Notes under the pieces: model-generated
The model's database searches: none
Seen by the model: only the letters and a program-made list of their open reading frames with translations
Told to the model about the DNA's origin: nothing
Shown: positions 49,828-61,000 of the stretch, in pieces
Layout: each line of letters opens with the position of its first letter
How positions within the stretch are numbered: position 1 is the stretch's first letter
Position numbers and translations under genes: made by a program
Assembly (NCBI GenBank): GCA_038496445.1
Contig: JALMLS010000577.1
Coordinates: 186,001 to 250,000 of the forward strand
DNA from: Trichosphaerium sp. ATCC 40318
Taxonomy: Eukaryota > Protista > Tubulinea
Length of the DNA: 64,000 bases
Direction: 5' to 3'

Positions 49828-52800
49828 ATGTTGACACAGCGTATTTACTATCTGTTCGCAAAAATGATCTAAATACCGTTCCACGTACTACACTAACACT
49901 AGGTACTATACCACATGATTTATTAGACTTTGAGAATGTCAACCTGTCCAAAAAAACCGTTAAGGAAGGCGTTCCCAACTTTGTTAGTTTGTAAAGAGTA
50001 CGGCGTACAATGACAGACATAGACAGACTGATCAAAAAGGGCTCAAAGAAAAAGATATTGAGCGATGAAGACATAGAGTTCTATTCGCAGATGTACGAGC
50101 TCGTAAACTCTACTACAGCATCTATCTGGCAAATCGAAGGGCTTTTGTACGTAAAACGTAACAACATTTAGTGCGAATTCTGACTGGCTGTTAGACGCTC
50201 GCGTTTGATAGATTTAGTTGGGCCTTTGGATGACAGCGACAATAGTACTGATTACAGTGACGCTACGGACGGAACGCGTATTATTCACGACGACAGGTCT
50301 CTAGAGCCATGGGCACAGGTTCTAAGGGATAGGTAAGCTAGTATTGCTTTTCTTACCTTTCCGCCCACCAAGTACTCACCATTTTAATTAGATACGCGCA
50401 ATGTAAGCGTATACGCGCCGACATAGAGAAGGCCGAGGGATCGTTAGACGCATTTGCCACTGGTTACGAAATTTTCGGGTTTACACAGCAGCCTGAAGGC
50501 ATCCGTTTGGTGGAATGGGCGCCTAGCGCAAAAGCCCTTCACCTTATTGGAGACTTTAGTATCCTACACAACACACAACAATTTAACAACTTCAGAATTT
50601 ATTTTTTACAATTTTCTCCTTGACACTCTCATACCAATGGCACTACACCTCCCATCCACTCGAAAAGAAGGAGTATGGTCGTTGGGAGATATTGCTAAAG
50701 AATAAAGATGGTACCCCTGCGATTGCACATGGCTCAAAAGTTAAGGTAATACCGCGTTTTTATCGTTTGCAAACGTCATGCATGATTCTCCTTCCAAAAA
50801 TCTCTGCTGACACTTTTTAGCTAGCAGTAACGCTACCTAATGGTACTGTTGAGACGCGTATACCCGCATGGATAAAGTATGTAACGATGGAGAAGGATCA
50901 AATTGTAAGACCTATTTTTTTTTGTAAACAGCTAAAAGAGTTTGATAGATTTTTGACGGTATTTACTGGCAACCACCGAAACCTTACGAATGGAAAAACG
51001 AGCGCCCAGCAAAACCAAGCGCATTGCGTGTATACGAAGCTCACGGTAAGTAACGGTAGTTGTATTTGGTTTTCGCATAATGAAATAACGCGAAAATAGT
51101 TGGCATGGCTTCAAAAGACCCTAAAGTTGGGACTTACCTAGAATTCAAACGTGACGTCTTACCATTCATAAAGTACGTTGTTACTCCCTCCAGTTTCATT
51201 AATACTAACTTTACTCGTTAGAGATCTTGGATACAATTGCATCCAATTGATGGCAGTCATGGAACATGCGTATTATGGCAGTTTTGGATACCAGATCACT
51301 AATTTTTTCGCTGCATCGTCTAGAAGCGGTAATGTTACATTTTCTTAGTCACAATCCTTAATCTTTGCGTAGGTACTCCTGAAGAGCTTAAAGAACTCAT
51401 TGACGCTGCACATGGAATGGGCCTATACGTGCTCCTCGATGTAGTACACAGGTACAATCAAAGTTCCCTACAAAAAATGTTTCTGTTCTCACTTTTAAAA
51501 AGTCATGCATCAAAAAATGTTGCAGACGGATTAAACATGTTTGATGGTACAGATCATCACTACTTCCATGGTGGTGTCAAAGGAACACACGCCTTGTGGG
51601 ATAGTAGATTGTTCAATTATGGTAACTGGGAAGTGCTGAGGTTCCTTTTATCCAACCTCAACTGGTGGATAAATGAAGTACTACACCATTATTAGCACGT
51701 ATAACGTCTCATCTTTTTCCAATAGTACCACTTTGACGGATTCCGATTTGATGGTGTTACTAGTATGTTATATGTACACCACGGTATAGGACAAGCCATA
51801 ACGTCTTACGGCGACTATTTTGGGTTTGGTGTTGATACAGAAGCTTTGACTTACCTACAACTTGCCAACGACTATATTCATGAGGTTAGCCACCAGCACC
51901 TTGCTTATAAACTAACAGCTTTAGACCTTTCCATTCGCCATTACAATAGCGGAAGAGGTCAGTGGTATGCCTGGTATGTGTAGGCCTGTATCAGAAGGTG
52001 GTATTGGATTCGATTATCGCCTAGGTAAACCCAATTAAACTCTACGAAAAATTGAGAATATAACGTCAGCGTTAAAGGTATGGCCATACCAGACAAGTGG
52101 ATTGGTGTCCTCAAGCACCTAAAGGACGAAGAATGGAATATGGGTAACATCACATGGACATTAGTGAACAGGCGTTGGAATGAAAAGACAATTGCGTACT
52201 GCGAGTCTCACGATCAGGTGGAGCTTTCTACTTTCAGAAGCCAAAAAGCTTACATTATGTAATAGGCTCTTGTTGGAGACAAAACAATAGCGTTTTGGCT
52301 TATGGACAAAGAAATGTACACTGGCATGTCTACATTATCTGAAGGTAAGCAACAACTAAACCTTCATCTCTTCCATGCTTATGTACTTACTAGGAAATGC
52401 AATTGTTGACCGCGGTATCCAACTACACAAAATGATACGCTTGATTACATTCGGCCTTGGTGGCAACGCATATCTTACATTCATGGGAAATGAGTTTGGA
52501 CACCCAGAGTGGATTGACTTCCCACGCGAAGGAAACAATGAAAGCTATCATTACTGTCGTAGACGATGGGATCTAGCTCAAGATGATCTTCTCAAATACA
52601 AGTTTTTATGGCTATTCGACAAAGAAATGATTCACCTTGACGTCAACCACAATGTCCTCTCTAGTGGTGTACGACCTACTCTCATAGCTAAAAAGTATAT
52701 TGACTAATGCTCTCTAAGGAGTACCTTTCATTAAAACACGAAGGAGACAAAGTAGTTGCTTTCGAACGTGGTGGTCTGTTGTTTGTTTTCAATTTCCATC

Positions 52801-53145
52801 CTACAAAGAGCTTCCCTGACTACCCTATCGGTAAGCCTTGTTTTTTAACCGCTTTCTACTAGCACTGTTAAAGTAGCGAATATGTGTTTATTGAGACACT
52901 AGGTATTGATGTGCCAGGAAAGTACGCTATCGAGTTAGATACTGATAGCAAGGTATTTGGCGGATTTGCTCGATCTGATCCAAAAACACAATTTTCAACA
53001 CGTGGTGTTCCACTGCACGGCAGAAAAGACTCCTTACTCATGTATATTCCATCAAGGTACAAAAATAACACAGTATTGCGTCAATCAACAAAACTAACGA
53101 TTGTTTAGGTCTGCATTAGTTCTCAAAAAAGTAGGCAATGTGTAA
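49828..53145 (+). CDS. GBE1: 1,4-alpha-glucan (glycogen) branching enzyme, GH13_8, with N-terminal extension
   Basis: [74 protein letters not shown]. Confidence 0.97.
50559..50632 (+). other. U12-type intron with non-canonical GT-AT termini in GBE1
   Basis: 5' GTATCCT; branch TTCTCCTTGAC; only an AT acceptor at 50631-50632 restores GDFNQW in frame. Confidence 0.75.
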
Positions 53146-53249
53146 CTTTTTATAAAGACATTTATTATTCATCACTCTTTCTTGGGGTAAAAAAAAATTT
53201 TGGTGAACACTTCACAGCAATTGCACACTTCGCAAACGTTACACTTCAA

Positions 53250-53740
53250 TTTCCGGAAGGAGTTACTAGCTGATAGCTTTAACGGAAAATACAGCGTTTA
53301 CAACATAATTTCACCTGTGTTTACATTTCCAGATAATCCGTTTATCCGATTATCAATAAGAAGTAGAGTCTTTTATCACCCAGTTTAGCCAGGACATCGT
53401 GTACGATGCCTATTGCCATCACCTACACGTAAGTTTTCTTACGACATTGCAAACTTGCAATACCTCAAAGCAAAACTATCGCCTAGTCCACATTTGAGGA
53501 TAACACATATTCAACAAAGGCATCTTGGGAATCCCTCAGACCCAGCGCCAGCTTTTGTATGAACTTGTACTTGTTGGTTGTAGTGTGGTTGGGAGTTGTG
53601 CAACTCAGGAAGAATGACACATCGTCAACTAACGTTTTTTGGTAACACTAACGTGAGAGCTCGCCTTCATCAAATGATGTTAACTTGTGTTCTGTTCTTG
53701 CTCTTAGATTCCAGATTTCTGTTGGGCTACATTACAGTGG
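53250..53740 (-). mobile_element. Possible highly degenerate LINE 3' remnant
   Basis: Frame-broken fragments IWNLR..K, LPT, CPL, IIWKC in the order expected for a LINE ORF2 C-terminus; no intact ORF. Confidence 0.3.
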
Positions 53741-55089
53741 TAATACGCCAATAGAAACACAAAAAATATTATTGTAAGTTAGAGAAAATGGTAAAGACGA
53801 AGGCTTCTTATCTCAGAAAAGAACCGGGACTTTTCAAAATACGCGTAGAAATGATGTATAATTACAACATTTACTTAATCTTGGCGCATACACTTTAATT
53901 TGCATTCATCTAAAGAAAAACCGAAAAAGAGAAATTGAAAACAGAAAAACGAAATTTCGTCAAGCTCGAGGAGTTTTGGAGCGAGTTACATTCTATAATA
54001 AAGTCCTTTCATCTACATTGTTTTTAGTTCCATTTTCCACAAGTGGAAAAAACTTGTGTTAAAAAGATATAGCGTCATAAATCACTTTGTTTAACTGTTT
54101 AGAAAAGTGTCACGCTATTTTTTCCTTCAATAGAAAGAAACGTGCTGTTAAAGGATGTAAAGGGAAAATAGCGCGAAGATAAAATCTTTTGGTTTTCTCA
54201 AAACGTCCAGAATAGTGCATTATAAAACCCTAGTGTTTCTGTTGTTTAAAATAAAATGCAAAACGTCAAAAAAAAAGTGCGCCGAAGTTCGGGATAAAGA
54301 AAGTTTGAAAAGGGAAATAAACTTGCGCGGAAACGGCGTATTAATCGGTATTTCTCTAAATTTATACTCTTGGCGGTTACCAGAGCGAGTTTGCCTTTTT
54401 GACCATTCTAAACTTTCTACAACCACGAAATTTGGTGTTTTTGATATTGTCCCGCTGTATTTAGACTCTAAACTCTTGTATTGAAATTTAGAGTTGTGAA
54501 CTACGTATTAACACTAATAAACAAAAAAAAGTTGTGCACTTGTGTAAGGAAAGTTTTCGCTACATCCCAAGAATAAATACTAGAAGCGTCTCTAGTATAC
54601 TCCGCCGATAAAGAGTGAAATAAGCTGTAAACGTAAAAAAAAAATTCCCAACCTACTAAGAAACGTTAGTTGTGGGTTTTTTAACGCCTCGCATCGAATT
54701 GAGCGCTTACGCTCGACTTGGAAATAAATTTGTTTGTCGCTATCGATTCTCACTTTTGCCCTTCTCTACAAATTTTTGTATTGGTCGTGTATCACTCCAT
54801 TACCGGGCTAAGAACGTGTAACACAGTATTTAACGGGGTTTGCGAACATAAAGCCCGTGCATGTCTAGTGTCAAGTAGAACAATCTTGTTGAAGTTAAAT
54901 ACCAGGCGCTCAATAGCGTATTTTCGGGTGCAATGATGATGCCAGCAAACGCCGGGCGGAATTTCGGAGCTCGTTTCCATTCTAAATCTGAGGAATTTTG
55001 CCATGCAAATTCTGCTTATTTGTTAAAAAACACCTCTGTGTGCCCATTAATGCTATACACAGCTAATTAATTTATAATAAATTAACAAA

Positions 55090-58000
55090 ATGGCACAATG
55101 GGGAGAACCTAGTATTGATAAAAATGTCTGGATTAAAGTTCAGAACAAGGTTCGTTGCTAAACTCCTTTTACCTTAAACTTTTAACCGACGCCCTGCGCG
55201 GTACTTTTCGAAACGTTTTGCACTGTTTTTGCTGCTCGGAGCGATCTGCTGCAGAATCTTTTGCGAAACTGCTTAAGCAGACGCCCTGTTGCACTACAAC
55301 CACACTGGCGGTGCACGCCTTTAACTTCGCAGTCTTTTTAACAACCAACCGCCGAGAAACCGATCTTATAAATTTTGTCTTTGAGCGGCATTGGTTGTTG
55401 CCTATGCAGCGCTCGCACTGCTTTCGTATTTCTAGCAACCCCTTTTACCGTTTTTTTGGTTTTGGACACAACTTTGCTCATTTTTCTATTAGGCGTTTGC
55501 AAGATGGGTCAACCATACGCTCTCCAAACGCTCACTAACGGTTAGCGAAGGAAACTTCGCAGAGGATCTCAAGTCTGGTGCGTAATTATTCGAGTTTTTT
55601 TTTTTTTTTTTCGTTGTTACGACGTTTTATCGGTTTGGGCAACGACCCTAATTGTCGAATACTCTGTGTACATTCGCTCACATTGCTCTAGGTGTTATTC
55701 TAGTCGCCCTACTAGAAGAACTTACTGGCAAGAGCATCAAATCTAAAACCGAACCTAAACACAACATACAAATGCGAGAAAACATTCAAGCCGCCCTCGA
55801 CTTTCTTGCTTCCGAAAAAGTAAAAATGTATGGTGTTTCAAGCTCTCTTATACACGACGGTAATCGCACCATGGTTTTGGGATTACTTTCTACTATCACA
55901 AAGACATACCTCATTAGCAAAGGTTCGTTTACTGTTTGGCGGTTTTTCCTTTTCGTCTTTTTTCTCGCTTTCCATATTTGGACGCTAGTTTGTTCCACTG
56001 ACTAATGCGCTGTAGATTTGCAAAGTTGGTGTAACGCCACTGTTGCAGAGGCTGATTCTTCTCTATCAATTGAAAACTTTCGTAACAGTTGGTCTGATGG
56101 CCGATTGTTCGCTGCTCTTGTCAACAAAGCAAAGCCCGGCTCTGTTGATGCTAGCTCTTTTGTAGAGGTACGGAAATATATTTATTCTTTTCAATATTGG
56201 TTTGTCTTATGCTTACTCGTTGTCAGACTGAAGATAAAAACACAGCCTTGAAACAAACAAAAGCTGTTTTCGATAAAATTAAATCGTTAGGTATTCCTGC
56301 ATTTATGGATGCTGATGATGTCGTTACTGCCCCAGACGCCATCTGCATTCGCATGCAAATATCTGCTATCAGAAACTATGTACGCAACCGCTAGAATTTT
56401 TTTTTTCGTTTCTGTTACTCTAAACTCACGTTGTGCTAGGTTGAAAAAGATTCTTCTTCGTCCTCCAGCTCGTCCTCCAGCTCTTCCTCTGGATCTGGTA
56501 AAGGAAAAGCTAAAGGTGGCTTCGGCGTAAGTGTCGGTGGTAAAGCCGATCTTGACGTTAAAGTTGGTGGTGACGTAGATGTTGATGCGTCTGCTGGTGC
56601 CTCTCTCGGAATTGGCGGAAAAGCAAAAGGTGGCGCTGATGTCGATGTCGGTGGAGATATCGGTCTTGGCGGCAAAGGAAAAGCCAAAGGCGGTGTTGAT
56701 GCTGACATCAAAGTCGGTGGAGATATCGGTCTAGGCGGCAAAGGAAAAGGAAAAGCCAAAGGTGGCTTCGGCGTGAGCCTCGGAGGTAAAGGAAGTGGAT
56801 CATCATCCTCGTCCTCCAGCTCCAGCGGCTCTGGATCCGGTAAAGGAAAAGCCAAAGGCGGTTTCGGATTGAGCGTTGGTGGTGGCCTTGGTGGCAAAGG
56901 AAAAGCCAAAGGCGGTGCTGATGTAAAAGTTGGCGGTGATATTGACCTTGGTGGAAAAGCCAAAGGTGGCGCTGATGTCGGTGGTGATATTGACCTCGGC
57001 GGAAAAGCTAAAGGTGGTGTCGATGCTGATGTTAAAGTCGGTGGCGGTCTCGGATTTGGCGGAAAAGGAAAAGCCAAAGGCGGCGCCGATGCAGATATTA
57101 AAATCGGTGGCGGTCTTGGCGGCAAAGTGAGTTACTTTTATACCTTTTAAAATTGCTTGTCTAAATTGTATTTAGGGAAAAGGAAAAGCCAAGGGCGGTT
57201 TCGGCGTTAGCCTCGGAGGTAAGGGAAGTGGATCATCTTCTTCCTCTTCTAGCTCCAGCGGCTCTGGATCCGGTAAAGGAAAAGCCAAAGGCGGTTTCGG
57301 ATTGAGCGTTGGCGGCAAAGGAAAAGCCAAAGGCGGTGTCGATGCTGATATTAAAGTCGGTGGAGATATCGGTCTTGGCGGCAAAGGAAAAGCCAAAGGC
57401 GGTGCTGATGCTGATGTCAAAGTTGGTGGCGGTCTCGGTCTAGGCGGTAAAGGAAAAGCCAAAGGTGGCGCTGATGTTGACGCTGATATTAAAATTGGTG
57501 GCGGTCTAGGCGGCAAGGTACTGTTTTTGGTTTCAGAGTTTTTTTTGTTACCCGTTACTCACTTTTATTTAGGGAAAAGGAAAAGCCAAAGGCGGTATTA
57601 GCCTCGGTTTTGGAGGTAAGGGATCAGGTTCATCCTCGTCCTCCAGCTCCAGCTCTGGATCCGGTAAAGGAAAAGCTAAAGGCGGTTTCGGATTGAGCGT
57701 TGGTGGCAAAGGAAAAGCCAAAGGCGGTGTTGATGCTGATATCAAAGTCGGTGGAGATATCGGTCTTGGAGGCAAAGGAAAAGCCAAAGGTGGTGTTGAT
57801 GTAGACGCTGATGTCAAAGTCAAGAAACCAAAAGGTAAAGCCAAGGGTGGTATTAGCCTCGGTTTTGGTGGTAAAGGATCAGGATCATCCTCCTCTTCTT
57901 CATCTTCTGGCTCCGGCTCAGGAAAGGGCAAAGCTAAAGGCGGTTTCGGCCTAAGCGTTGGCGGTAAAGGAAAAGCCAAAGGCGGTGTTGATGCTGATAT

Positions 58001-61000
58001 CAAAGTCGGTGGCGATGTTGATGCTGATGTAAAACTTGGCGGCAAAGGAAAAGTCAAGGGCAAAAAGGCCAAAGGCGGTTTCGGATTTGGCGGCAAAGGC
58101 AAAGGAAAAGCCAAAGGCGGTGTCAGCGTTGATGTAGATGCTGATGTCAAAGTCAAGGGTAAAAAACCAAAGGGTAAAGCCAAGGGCGGTCTTAAAATGT
58201 CGATGAAAGGCAAAAAAGGAAAGAAGCCTAAAGGAAAGAAAGTAAAAGCCAGTGGTGGCCTTGACTTGAATGCTGGAGGCGATGCCAAAATCAAAGTACG
58301 TTCTCGCTATTATTCTTTCCTTGTCTAGTTTACAATTTCTCACCTATTACTAGGGCAAAGGAAAAGCTAAAGGCGGTGTTGACGTTGATGCCAAGATTGG
58401 CGGTGATGTTGATGCTGACATTAAGGTCGGTGGTGGCCTTGGTGGCAAGGTAATAGTTAATAAATTTATAATTATTAATCGATGTGCTCTAAAACTTCTG
58501 TTAGGGAAAAGGAAAAGCTAAAGGTGGTATCAGCCTCGGCTTCGGTGGAAAAGGATCAGGATCTTCCTCCTCCTCTTCTTCATCTTCTGGCTCCGGCTCA
58601 GGAAAGGGCAAAGCTAAAGGCGGTTTCGGTCTAAGCGTTGGCGGCAAAGGAAAAGCCAAAGGCGGTGTCGATGCTGATATTAAAGTCGGTGGCGATGTTG
58701 ATGCTGACCTCAAGGTCAAGGGCAAAAAGCCTAAAGGCAAAGGCGGTTTAGGCTTCGGCGGTAAAGGAAAAGCCAAGGGTGGTGTTGATGTCGATGTAGA
58801 TGCTGATGTCAAAGTCAAGGTACATATTTTTTACCTTTGAATGAGAACTTGTAATTTGACGGTTTATTTGTAGGGCAAAAAGCCAAAAGGCAAAGCTAAA
58901 GGCGGAATCAGCCTCGGTTTCGGTGGAAAAGGATCAGGATCATCATCCTCTTCTTCCTCATCTGGCTCTGGAAAGGGCAAAGCTAAAGGCGGTTTCGGAT
59001 TCGGTCTTGGCGGTAAAGGAAAAGCCAAGGGCGGTATTGACGTTGATGTTGATGCTAACGTTGGTGGAGATGTCGACGCTGATGTCAAAGTCGGTGGCGA
59101 TGTTGATGCTGACCTCAAGGTCAAAGGCAAAAAACCTAAAGCCAAGGGTGGTTTCGGATTCGGTGGCAAAGGCAAAGCTAAAGGCGGCGTAGACGTCGAT
59201 GTTGATGCTGATGTCAAGGTCAAGGTATGTATTTGTACTCCTCTTTTTTCAAGAACTTACCTAAACTCAGGGAAAGAAACCTAAAGGAAAAGCTAAAGGC
59301 GGTATCAGCCTTGGCTTCGGTGGAAAAGGGTCAGGATCATCATCCTCTTCCTCATCCTCTGGCTCAGGCTCAGGAAAGGGCAAAGCTAAGGGTGGCTTCG
59401 GATTCGGTCTTGGTGGCAAAGGAAAAGCCAAGGGCGGTCTTGATGTCGATGCTGACGTAAATGTCGGTGGTGATGTCGACGCTGATGTCAAAGTCGGTGG
59501 TGATGTTGACGCTGACCTCAAGGTCAAAGGTAAAAAGCCTAAAGGCAAGGGCGGCTTCGGATTTGGAGGCAAAGGAAAAGCCAAGGGTGGTGTTGATGTA
59601 GACGTAGATGCTGACGTCAAAGTCAAAAAGCCAAAAGGAAAGGCCAAAGGCGGTATCAGCCTCGGTTTCGGTGGTAAAGGATCAGGATCATCATCCTCCT
59701 CTTCATCTTCCGGCTCTGGAAAGGGTAAAGCCAAAGGCGGTTTCGGATTCGGTCTTGGCGGCAAAGGAAAAGCCAAGGGCGGTATTGATGTTGACGCTGA
59801 TGTCAAAGTCGGTGGCGATGTCGATGTTGATGCCGATGTCAAGGTCAAAGGCAAGAAACCAAAAGGAAAAGGTGGTTTCGGCTTTGGCGGTAAAGGCAAA
59901 GCTAAAGGTGGTGTTGATGTTGATGTAGACGCCGATGTAAAAGTCAAGGTACATATCTTTCACATTTGATGGCTCGTAATTTGACTGGTTGTTGTTTAGG
60001 GCAAAAAACCAAAAGGCAAAGCTAAAGGTGGAATCAGCCTTGGTTTCGGTGGAAAAGGATCAGGATCATCATCCTCTTCTTCCTCATCTGGCTCTGGAAA
60101 GGGCAAAGCTAAAGGCGGTTTCGGATTCGGTCTTGGTGGCAAAGGAAAAGCCAAGGGCGGTATTGATGTCGACGCTGACGTAAAGGTCGGTGGTGATGTC
60201 GATGTTGACGCTGACGTCAAAGTCAAGGTATGACAAACTTTTTTTGATATTACGGAGGAACCTTTTCTCACATAGTTTAGGGTAAAAAACCAAAAGGCAA
60301 AGGCGGTTTCGGCTTCGGCGGCAAAGGAAAAGCCAAGGGTGGCGTTGATGTTGACGTAGATGCTGACGTAAAAGTCAAAGGCAAAAAGCCAAAGGGCAAA
60401 GCCAAGGGCGGAATCAGCCTAGGCTTCGGTGGTAAAGGATCAGGTTCATCCTCTTCCTCTTCCTCATCCGGCTCTGGAAAGGGTAAAGCCAAGGGCGGTT
60501 TCGGATTCGGCCTCGGCGGTAAAGGAAAAGCCAAGGGCGGTATTGATGTCGATGCTGACGTAAAGGTCGGTGGTGATGTCGATGTTGACGCTGATGTCAA
60601 AGTCAAGGTATGACAAACTTTTTAGTAATATGAACTTTTTCTCATATTGTTTAGGGTAAAAAACCAAAAGGCAAAGGCGGTTTCGGTTTTGGCGGTAAAG
60701 GAAAAGCCAAGGGTGGTGTTGATGTTGATGTCGATGCTGACGTCAACCTCAAAGGCAAGAAGCCAAAAGGTAAAGCGAAAGGCGGAATCAGTCTTGGTTT
60801 CGGTGGAAAAGGATCAGGATCATCATCCTCCTCTTCATCTTCCGGCTCTGGAAAGGGTAAAGCCAAAGGCGGTTTCGGATTCGGTCTTGGCGGCAAAGGA
60901 AAAGCCAAGGGCGGTATTGATGTTGACGCTGATGTCAAAGTCGGTGGCGATGTCGATGTTGACGCTGATGTTAAAGTCAAGGTATGTTTAATAGCTATTG

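Noticed and set aside
53770-55080. Short ORFs upstream of the CH-repeat gene
   Set aside because: AT-rich, no motifs or consistent splice pattern; most likely promoter/intergenic
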